Shown here piece by piece: positions 50,214 through 60,898 of a stretch of DNA of 64,000 bases. Position 1 is the first letter of the stretch. Each line of letters starts with the position of its first letter. The stretch is taken from positions 14,632,001 through 14,696,000 of the forward strand of contig CP158635.1 in assembly GCA_050273025.1 (NCBI GenBank). Direction: 5' to 3'. The translations under genes were made by a program, and so were the position numbers. The DNA is from Cenococcum geophilum (Eukaryota). A model generated the notes under the pieces. It saw only the letters and a program-made list of their open reading frames with translations. It was not told the DNA's origin and did not search any database.

Positions 50214-53200
50214 TGTCACGGCTTAAATAAATACCTCTAAACCAAAGCTTGAACGAATGCTATATTACAAAGATACTAAGCTAAAGAGAAGGAAAAGGGG
50301 TCGCTAGGACCGATGTAAACAAATATATAGGGTGAGCCGCCAAGGCGCTAGCTTTAGGCGGGCTAATCGCAGGTCGGCAGAATATGGCAGAATTTGGCAG
50401 GTAATATGCGATAGCGCCGTTATATCACCCCCCTCTTTAAAAGAAAGCCTGCCCTTAGGCTTAGTTAGAAAAAATAGGGTAGTACTAAGCTTATAAATAT
50501 AGGATTATAAAAATATAAGATAAGGAGATAAAGGGGATATAAGTCTATCCTAACTAAGTATAAAGGGCGATTATAGGCTAAGTAGAAGCACTAGGCTAGA
50601 AAGAGTAGCCGCTAAAAGTCTTGGCACAGATCTAACTAATTAGATAACTTCAACTGGTGGTTAAAGTTCCTGGATATCTGAAATTTTATAGTACTGGTAG
50701 AAAACGGTAAAATATGGCAGAATTTAGCAGACAGCTATATTAGGGCTTTAGGGCGTTTTTGTCCCTATATTCTTCCGGTAACTTATTATCTTTATTATAC
50801 TAGCATTCCATCCATTTATCTAGGTACTTTAGGGGTCTAGGCGTATTAGGGTATTAGTTATAGAATTTTTTAAGCTTCTAGGAGCAGCCTATAAAGTTCT
50901 ATATAGGGTACTAGGTTAGGTTAGAATTATAGCCCTTCCATTAAATACGGTATTTTAGCGCTCCCCGTACTATCTTATAGGCCAGTATTTTATTAACCTT
51001 CTATTCGTTATTACCGTTTACTTAAACTAGTAGGGGAGGCTTATTCTTTTGTCTAGGTAATAGGTCGTTTACAGCTTTCTATAACTTATCTAGCGAGAAG
51101 ATAGGGTGAACCCTAATTAAGTCTAGGAGCTTTATCTTATACAAGTTGCCTATCTTTTTAAGAACCTTATACGGTCCTACTATTTAATAGTCCAGCTTAT
51201 AGCTAGGTCGTTTAGTCCTCTAATTTCTTATTATAACCTAGACTATATCGCTAGGGGCAAAATTAGGCTCTTAACGGTGTTTATTCGCCTACTATTTTAT
51301 TAACCTTTAAGCTTTTTCTAGGTTCTTACGGGCTACCATCTAGGCCTCCTCTAATTATTTGGCGTACTGTTAGGCCTTAGTATAGAATAGCTTCTCTTAT
51401 ATAGTCTAGAGTTCTTCTAGCCTTTTCCAGTTAAAGCTTATACGGGGTAAGTATCCTATTTCTAGCTAAATTGGGGCAAACCCTATAGAGTTATAGGGTA
51501 GAGTTGCTTGCGCGTAGTCTATTAAGGGTAGTAGTTTAGACTAGTTATCCTGGAAATAGTTAATAAAGGGCCTAAGCCTTTAGTCTAGGTACTAATTTAT
51601 AATCTCTATCTAACCGTCTATCTAGGGGTAATAAGCCGTAGAAAGCTTTAGCTTAATACCTAGGATCCGGGTAAACTTATTTTAGAAGGCTAATATAAAC
51701 TATAGCCTATAATTGGATATAATAGTATCTAGTAGTTTATAGATTTAGTAGACGTAATAGATATATAGCCAGGCTACCTCTTTAGCATTAATGTTCTTAT
51801 AACATGGAATTAAAAACGGGCGTTTACTAAAGCGGTTAACTATAACTATAACCATATCGTATCTGTTACGGTCCCTAGGTAGTTTATAGAAGTCTATAAA
51901 GATATACTACTAAGGGCGCTCTAGTATTAGGAGTGGCTTAAGTAGTTCTGGGGTCTTATCCCGTGGGATTATAGCTCTCTAGTAGTCTTCGCAGTTCTAT
52001 ATATATTAATTAATATCCGCAACTATTCTTAGCTAGTAGTAGCGGCAGTTAATAATTTTACAGGTCTTATTCTTGCTAGGGTGTGCTGTAAAGACTTGGT
52101 AATAAGCTTTATAGATTAGTTCGGTTTATAGATTATTAATATTAGGGACTATAAGCCGCTTCTAGTATAGGAGCAATCCTTCCTCTATCTTAAAATTGGG
52201 GTCTTCTTTTACGGCTTATTCGCGGAGGGCCCTTAGGGCGTTAGCCGTGCGGTTTATAGTTAGGAGGTAGTTAATTAGCCCTATTAGCTCTTCTAAGGAC
52301 TCCTCTATTAGTACTAGCTCGTTTTGCTAGGAGTCTAGCTCCTTAAGGATCCGTAGGTTAAGCTATTCTAGATAGAGGAGGGCGCGCATCTAATATTAGG
52401 TCTTTAGCTTATCTTAGGGTCCTACGTCTTATTCTCTTTGGGTTAGGGTATTAGCCTTAGAGTTTTACTTACCAGAACGATATATAATTGTAAAAAAGAA
52501 TTAGGAGAGTATTTTGGCCTACTAGGCTTATTACCCTATAAGCTGCTTTATAGTTATAAAGTACTCTAGGGCTTTATAATCTATATATATTTTAATCCGG
52601 AAGTTCGTACCTTTAAGCTCTACGCGCTATTAGGAGAGTAATTAAATAATAGCTAGCATTTCTTTATTATGTACTTTATAGTTATACTTAGCTAGGTCTA
52701 TTATCTTTAAGAAGAAAGCTATAGGGTACCATTCGCCGTCTGGATATAATTGTAATAGGATTCCCGCTATAACCCTATTAGAGGCGTCTATTTCTAGCAT
52801 TAATTTAAGGTTTAGGTTATAGTAATAAAGGATTAGGGAAGAGATAAGCCAATTCTTTACCTCTTTAAAGGCCTCTATATAGCTATTATTAAAGATAAAA
52901 GGCGTATCCTTCCTAGTTAGTTGTATAAGAGGTTTTGCTATAATTCCGTAGTTACGGATAAACTAGCGGTAGAAATTATAAAAACTAAGAAAGGACTGGA
53001 TTCCTTTTACTATATAAGGGGGCTTTTAGTTACGGATTGCTTTTACCTTCTTAGGGTTAACCTTAATTCCTTCTATAGTTATAATAAACCTAAGGTATTT
53101 TATACGTTTTACCCTAAACTTATATTTCTTAATATTAACTTATAAGCCCGCGTTCCGTAGCCTCTCTAGAACCTTCTTAATATAAACTTAATACTTAAGT

Positions 53201-56200
53201 TCGTTATCTAAGTATATAAGAATGTCGTCTAGGTATGCCATATAGAATTTGTTAAGGTAATTAAAAAGAACGTTATTTATATACCTTTGGTACGTAGTTA
53301 GTCCGTTTATTAGTTTAAAAAAAAGAACTTTATATTTATAGGAACTATAGCAGGTATAGAACGTTATTAAATCTTTAAATACAGGGTCTATTCTAATTTG
53401 GTAAAAAGCTTAGCGGATATTAAGTTTAGTAAAGATCTTTGCCTGGCTTAGACGTGTAAGGGTCTTATTTATTAAAGGAATAGGATACCGGTCCTTTTAA
53501 GTAATAGCGTTTAGCTTTTAATAGTTAATATAAAAACAAAGGCCTCTATTAGGCTTTTTTATAAATAGGATAGGGGAAGTAAAAGGGGCTTAACTTAGCT
53601 CGATAAACCCTTTATCTAGGTTATTAATTAAGTACTACTTTATTGCTTTTAGCTTATCCGTTAATTAATAGCAGAGGGGGCTATAGCCTAGCGAGTTATT
53701 GGCCTTTAATTAAATCTTATAATTGTATGTCTGGTAGGGGGGTAACTTATTTAAGGCCGCCTTTAAAAATGCATTCTTATAGCCTATATAAATGGTAGAA
53801 AGAAGGCGTTTAACTAGTTCCTTATCAGTTTCCTTATCTAGCCTTTCCTCTCTATTATTAATAATTTGGTTAATCTTATATAGGCTTATTATAAAGACCT
53901 CATTATCCTTCTAGTATATATTAAAGTGGAACGCTATAGCGCTAATTACGGCGATTTCTACGGTAGGGGGGTTAACTAATAATAGGGGCGTATATAACTT
54001 TAGGGACTTCTGGGGTACTAGCGTTATTATTACTTCTTTTAGTTTCTATTGCATCTTTCGGAGGTTATCCCTTATATCCTATTAATACGTTCTTTTCCAT
54101 AACGGTTAAATCTGTGCAATTTAGACGTTATTATCTGTCCCGCTTTTGTACGTAGAGTCCTCTTTAAACGTAGCGCTTTAGGAGAGTATCTTTATTAGTA
54201 TAGAATTCTTTCTAGCTTTACGGCGGGCGTTTTCTTAGGTAAAGGCTAGGTTACGGGCCCGGATATCCTGCTAGTAGGTAGGGTTACCCCTTACAGCTAG
54301 TGTCTTGTAGTTAGTTCGGATCTCCTTAATAAAGAAGGGCAACCTTAGTCTATCCTCTAGCTAAATAAACCGTCTTTTTTATACGTTTAACCAAATATTA
54401 AAATAGGACATCTATTTTCGTCTAAGGATTATATTATAGGACCCTAGGTCTAGGATGCAAAAGGGGATGCTATATTAGCGTTATCTGTTAAGAGTAATAT
54501 ATAACTTTAAGACGTGGGTAATAGGCCGACTAGCTTGGCCGTTATAGCCCTTTACCTAAACAGGCTTCTCTAGTTAGATAGCTTCTGTATTTAGAAACTT
54601 GGCAACATTATTTATATAGGTAGTATTTATAAAGGCGAAGCTATTTACTCCAGTATTAATAAGGGCGGTTGTATTAACTCTATATCTATTTTAAGATACT
54701 ATATATAGAACTATAAAATGCTTTCTACCTATTAACTAACTAAGATTAATCTCTTTGAGATTAATAGGGTACCCTAGGGGGGAGTTTTTCCCTAGGGTTC
54801 TTCTTTTCCCGACTTATCGGACGTTTCTCCTTCCTCTATCTTCTTAATATCGCCTATATCCTTTAGCTCCGGGCAGGATAAAGTAAAGTAACTTTACTTA
54901 TTATAGTTAAAGCATATAGCCGAGGCAGGGTTAATTAGAGTATTACAGCGAATATTAGTTAATAGCGTGGTACGTAGCTAGTTAGGTAAGGCTTGCTAGT
55001 GCGTAATTATAACCGCCTTTAGTATAAGAGCAGTCGTAATTTATCTTTCTGCTCTAGTTTCTATAGGTATAGCTAGCGAGTTCCGATTGTTATAGAGTCG
55101 CTTCTACTAATTAGGGTGGGTATTAATCCGCTTTAGTTCTAAGTCTAATAATAGGTAATAAGCTGCGAGTCTTTTATAGGTTAGTAGGTTATTTAAGGTT
55201 ATAGCGATCTTTTCTTATAGCCGGATTGTTAGCTTATTGTATAGGTCTAATTAGTAGTTCTTAAGGGGAACCTAGCCTTCTCCTATAAGGTATAGGAATT
55301 AAGTTTAGAATTTAGCAAAGGGTTAGTTTAGTTTTATTATTAGGTAATTATAGTTATAATAGGCATCCTATACTTTGTTTGGGTTAACATAGATAGCCGC
55401 TAGGTGCTATATTATCTTATTAATAGATATAAATTAGACAGGGGAGTCGTCCTTAAACTTGGCTTAAAGGTGCCGTTAGGCGTCCCTAGTGGTTTAACTA
55501 AAGAGGTAGAGTATTTTGGCTTCTTTAGAAAGGAAATAGTTATAGTTAATATAGAGCTTTCCTTGTACTTAAATCCTCTAATTCTTAAAGGTAGGGTTTA
55601 TCCTATTAAATAGTAGTAGGGGGTTAGGGAGCTTAACGGACTTTAATTGCTTTGTTATTATATCCGTACTCCCTAGTATATTATATTTAGTAGAGTAAAT
55701 AGGTTAGCTAGGGCTTTAAAAAGAGGAAGCTAGGCTATTTTATAGGGCTGTAAGGCTTTCTAGGATCTCTTATAGGGTCTCTTATATATTTCTCGCTTTA
55801 AGATAATTGGCTTTTTAGCTAGCTGCAAGGGCGCAAATCTACTCGCGTATGTCTATAATAATATTATTATCTTTAATTTCTGATCCTAATTGGATCTTAG
55901 GTTCCTCTTGGGTAGAGGTAGCTCTCTTAGATAAGCTTACTTTAGGTGCCATTATTAGCTTCCTAAGGTTCGTTAGTATTATACGCTTTAGTTTTAATTC
56001 TGGGGGTATAGGTCTAGTCTTGTCTAGCTTATAAGGTAGGATATTATCTAGGCCTTCCCAGGCAATATAAAGTTGTTTTAGTGTCTAAGTATAGCGCGTT
56101 AATACGTCGTTGCAGACAAAGTTTCTTTAGGGTGGGATATTATTAAGGCCTTTCCAGGCAAGGTAGGGAGAGCTTAGTATAATATCATGGCTTAAATAAA

Positions 56201-56393
56201 TGCCTCTAAACCAAAGCTTAAACGAATACTATATTACAAAGATACTAAGCTAAAGAGAAGGAAAAGGGGTCGCTAGGACCGATATAAACAAATATATAGG
56301 CTAAGCCGCTAAGGCGCTAGCTTTAGGCGGGCTAATCGCAGGTCGGCAGAATATGGCAGAATTTGGCAGGTAACGTGCGATAGCGCCGTTACA
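50214..56393 (-). mobile_element. Ty3/gypsy chromovirus G2 copy b (6.2 kb), inserted in the G4 3' LTR
   Basis: 211-bp LTRs at 50214-50424 and 56183-56393; TSD ATATA at 50209-50213 and 56394-56398; colinear with G2a. Confidence 0.95.
50760..55952 (-). pseudogene. G2b gag-pol, RIP-inactivated
   Basis: ATG at 55952; RT MAYLDDILIY (~53213-53242); same domains as G2a. Confidence 0.9.
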
Positions 56394-56527
56394 ATATACC
56401 TATTGTTCTATTATTGGACTTCCTATCTATATCTTTACCTTATATTAACCTTCTACCTTATAGTACCGTACCGTAAACTTTGTCGTTGTTATTTTATCTA
56501 CTATCTATTAGTATACTACTATCTATA

Positions 56528-58057
56528 ATGCCTTTATTTACACCTTTAAATATATCTAATAGCTATTTAGTTAAGGAACTTAATATACGTAATGTTAACA
56601 ATAAAATAATTAAGGACGCTTTTAAGGACGCACTTTTTTTTACTAATCCTTTAAATTTTTTACTTAGAGAGTAAGCTTTCTAATACTAAATTATGCCTAT
56701 AGTTAATATAATTTTAGGAAATATATACTAAAGCACTCTTTATTGGATATAGCAAAGCACTATAATAATACTATTGCAAAATCCGCTTGAAATCCGCTTA
56801 CCTTTTTACTACTTATCTCTTTACCGCCTACTTCTTTACTACTTGCCTCTTTGCTGCCTACTTTTAAGCCGCCTATTTCTTTATCGCCTGCTACTTCTAA
56901 AAAGTTTAATCCTTATTATGCTTTTGCTTCTCTTAAGAGGCAGGCTAATAAAATTGCTATGTAAAATATTTAGTATAAGATAGCCTTTAAATCGTATATA
57001 TTAGCTATACTTTTTTAATATCTTATCTACTAATTTACCTCTTATAGTAACCCAATAGAAATATTAGAGATTTTAGACGATAAAGAGAGTAATCTTAATA
57101 ATGCCAACTCTTCTAAAAGCCCTCCTCTATTCTCTTATAATCTCTACAGCCCTTATAAGCTCCGTAGTACATAAACGGCCTAAGCTATAATGTTAGATAT
57201 TAATATAAAAGAGCGCCTTCCTATTTAAGTGCTGTTAGTAAATAAATGGTATACCCTAAAAGCTAGTGCTTAGGAGAATATAAAGGAAGCTCACTAGCGG
57301 ATATATACCTATATCTAGAATATTAAGGGTAGCTTTAGTATGCCATATAATCCGCTATACGCTTTATGCGTTAAGTAAGACTATAAATATCGCGTTTATA
57401 AGCAGAATGCTAGGCTATATTTTAGAGGTGCATACTTAAGATATTGCTTAAGTAGTAGGTTGTGTAAAAAGGTATATACTAATAGTATACCACCATTCTA
57501 TTAGCTAATACGTATATAGGATAGTTTGCTAAGACTAGAGCTAGTTACACTTTAGCGTAAAATATATATGCAATTAGCTTCTACTAGTAGTCCGACTAGA
57601 ATACCTACTAAAAAGGTATAATATTTGCATCTTAATAATATAAATATTGCTAATATCCGTATAGCTTTATACCTGCACTATCCCCCCTCTAAAGACCTCC
57701 CCTCCCCCTAAGACTCCTACTTGTAGTAATATGCATAGCCGTAGAGGCACCCGTTCTGCCGCTACTCCTTTTACTCTTTTACTAATTCCTAGCACGCGTA
57801 GTGCTGCTTCTAGTACTACTACCGCTCCTACTAGCATAGAAAATGTTAGGGCGTATTTAGCAATTACTGTTTCCGTATATATTAATATAGTTTATAAACG
57901 GGTAACTAAAATAGCGAAAGATACTTGGGCTATAGATTGCCGGTTAAGTAAGCTTAAAGATTCTCTAAGTAAAATAAAGGATAAACTTGCGTTTATAAGG
58001 CGTGGCATTACTATACTTATATATAACGCTAGGTTGCCGGATATAGAATTTAAGTAG
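56528..58057 (+). pseudogene. Five-exon Zn2Cys6-like / coiled-coil accessory gene in the AcademH-like element, copy 1
   Basis: ATG at 56528. GT..CTAA-like branch..AG introns at 56671-56717, 56994-57047, 57472-57519 and 57616-57664. Motif C-x2-C-x6-C-x14-C-x2-C-x6-C at ~57358-57465. Helical C-terminus RLSKLKDSLSKIKDKLAF. Confidence 0.72.
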
Positions 58058-58448
58058 ATATAGGTTAGCTATTATTACGGGTTTAGAGTAATAAAATAGT
58101 AGCTCTTGTCTCTCTACTATTATATATATAGGAATTAAGTCTCTACCTTATATTTAATAGATATACTTAATTAATATTATAATATCCGTATAGGCTAGAA
58201 TAAGGATATCCACATAAGCTAAAATAGAGATATTTATATATCCGCACCGTTAATATTTACTAAGGTAAGTTACTATAGCAGCGATTATTTATTAGTAAGC
58301 TAATTTAATAAAATCGGCAGCGTGGATATTTACCTTAATTAACCTCCGTACCTTTTTTTCCTCTACTAACCTTCTACCTTATAGCACCATACCACGAACT
58401 TTATTATTATTGTTTTATATACTATCCCTTAGAATACTATAATCTATA

Positions 58449-60023
58449 ATGCCTTTATTTATACCTCTAAATAATATTAATATAAATAATAGCAACTAGG
58501 CGGTTAAGGAACTTAATATACGCGATGTTAACGATAAGAAGTTTAATGCTGTTAAGTACACTATAGCTACTCTTACTAAGCCTTTAGGCTCTATTCCTAA
58601 AAAATAAGCCTTTTAATACTAAATTATACCTATAGCTAATATGATTTTAGGAAATATATACTAAGGCGCTCTTTATAGGATTTAGTAGATAACGATAATA
58701 AGGATAGAGTAAAATCCGCTAAAAACCCGCTTACCTTTTTACTGGATACCTTTCTGCTGCCTATATCTTTGCCGTAGGCTACTTTACTATCCACTATTTT
58801 ACTATCCGCTTTTCTACTACCGCCGCCTAATACTTCTAAAAAGAGGCTTAATAAGGCTCGTTTGTCTTCTTTTCTTAGAAAGTAGGCTAAAAAGGCTGCT
58901 AATATGAATATAAAGCTTAAGATAGCTATTAAATTGTATATATTAGTTATACTATTTTAGTGTCTTATCTACTAATTTACCTTTTATAGTAACCCAAATA
59001 CTATATATAAGGTTTCTTTGGATAGTAAATCTTTAGATAGTAATAAAGATAAAGACCTTAATATCGCTAACTCTCGCAATCTCTGTAGCCCTTACAATCT
59101 CCGCAGCCCTTAAAATCTTAGTAGCCCTTATAATCTCCACAGTACTCCTAATACAAATAAGCGCCTTCCTATTTAAGTACCGTTAGCGAATAAATGGTAC
59201 ACTCTAAAAGCTAGTGTTTGGGATAATATAAAGGAAAGTCGCTAGCGGATATTAATACACATCTAGAATATTAAGGGTAGCTTTAGTAAACTGCGTAATC
59301 CGCTATACGCTCTATGCGAGAAGTATAGCTATAAATATTGCGTTTATAAGAAGGACTTTAGGCCACATTTTAGGGGTACGTGCTTAAGATATTGTGTAGG
59401 TAGTAGGTTATATAGAAAGGTACGTGCTAATAGTATACTATTATTTTATTAGCTAACACGCGTATAAGAAAGTTTACTAAATCCAGAGCTAGTTATACCT
59501 TAGGGTAGAAAACGTGCGCAATTAGCTTCTACTAATAGTCCGGCTAGAATACCTACTAAGAAGGTATGCTATCCGCATTTTAATAATATAGATATTGCTA
59601 ATATCCGCATAGCTTCGTTTTTTTATTATCCCCGCCTATACTACTACGCCTCCCCCTACTAAGACCTCCCCTCCTATTAAGACTCCTACTTATAGTAGTA
59701 TATACGGCTATAGGGGCACCCGCTCTACTGCTACTCCTCTAACCCTTTTACTAATTGCTAGCATACTAGGTGCTGCTATTGCTGCTACCGCTTTCGCTAG
59801 CGCTGGGTCTATTAGGGTATATTTAGTAATTATTATTTCTGCGCGTATTAATATAGTTTATAAACGGGTAACTAATATAGTAAAAGATATTTAAGCTATA
59901 GATCGCCAGTTTAATAAGTTTAAAGATTTTTTAAGTAAAATAAAGAATAAGCTTGCGTTCCTAAGGCGTAGTATTATTACACTTATATATAATGCTAGGC
60001 TACCAGATATTAAATATAAGTAA
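58449..60023 (+). pseudogene. Five-exon Zn2Cys6-like accessory gene, copy 2 (diverged tandem duplicate)
   Basis: Colinear with copy 1 and with the same intron positions; retains canonical donors GTACGT (~59420) and GTATGC (~59564) and an intact Cys4 codon. Confidence 0.72.
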
Positions 60024-60229
60024 ATATAAGTTAGCTATTACTATAGGTTGGCTGTTATTGCTAGTTTATAATAATAAAATAGTAGCTCTTACCTTTTTAC
60101 TACTATATATATAGGAATTAAGTCTTTGCCTTACATTTAATAGATATACTTAATTAATATTATAATATCCGTATAAGCTAAGATAAAGATATTTATAGAT
60201 CCGCACTATAAAAAAGCTTATTGCTACGT

Positions 60230-60898
60230 TATATACTACGCGCTAAGAAGATTATACGCTAGCTAGAGTTAATATTAATAAAAAGAACTTAATTAATATA
60301 TTTAAAATAGAAATGTACTATAAGCCTAAGCATTTAAAAGTCCTCTGGTATATTATTTATAGCCTTATTAAATCCGTCCTTATAAGGGTTATATAGTAAA
60401 CCGCTAATATAAGATATCCGTATATTAAAATTAGTAATGCCGCCCTATAAAAGCCGCTCTAATCTAAGTTAAAGAATAGTAGGCGCCTTAAACCTAATGT
60501 CCTGCACACGCTAATATATAATTAAATCCTTAGCAATTATATCTATAAGGGACTAGATATTAACCGCAGAAGACTTAATTATATAATTAGATATTGTTTA
60601 CTTACTAAACGCATTCTTAAACTTAGTATAAAGAGGTCTAGTATAGCTTATAGTAAGAACACTCTATTTAAATAGAGAGTCTACTCTAAAGGTTAAGTTT
60701 CCGCGTAATTAGAGTAACTCCTTTAGCTAAAGATTTAGTAGTTTATTAAGTTAATTAGCTTTAAAAAACTATTTAGCTCTCCGCGATTATTAATTAGCCT
60801 ATTTATAAGTATAGCCCGCTAAAGTACTAGATTATATACCTCTATTATAACTAACCTCTAAAAGTATATTATTTTAGATATATAGTTATTACTCCTTA
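60230..60898 (-). pseudogene. Academ-type (DUF6589-like) transposase C-terminal portion, interrupted by G5
   Basis: SNNYISKIIYF*RL...L*RAILINRLINNRGELNSFF then, after an apparent 1-nt shift, KAN*LNKLLNL*LK. This reads as NYA.E...L.RAIL.N.L.N..G.P.SFFE.D.LNE.LN..LK, matching my recollection of the DUF6589 C-terminal signature. Confidence 0.7.

Larger units (their letters stand above)
43169..56444 (+). mobile_element. Ty3/gypsy chromovirus G4 nested in the AcademH-like element; 3' LTR split by G2b
   Basis: 5' LTR at 43169-43394; 3' LTR at 50085-50213 plus 56399-56444 (about 51 bp shorter); TSD TTAAC at 43164-43168 and 56445-56449; PPT at ~50070-50084; the empty-site sequence is visible in the duplicate at ~58345-58390. 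Confidence 0.95.
38787..60898. mobile_element. AcademH-like DNA transposon (helicase plus DUF6589-like transposase); interrupted by G4/G2b and G5; right end beyond the window
   Basis: Convergent RecQ-type helicase (+) and Academ-like transposase C-terminus (-) in uniformly RIPped DNA. The left terminus at TGGTTGATCG (38787) is a guess, since no partner TIR or TSD is visible. Confidence 0.7.

Noticed and set aside
38787..60898. Starship or Helitron
   Set aside because: I recognised no DUF3435 tyrosine recombinase. The helicase is SF2/RecQ rather than PIF1, and no HUH Rep motif was seen.
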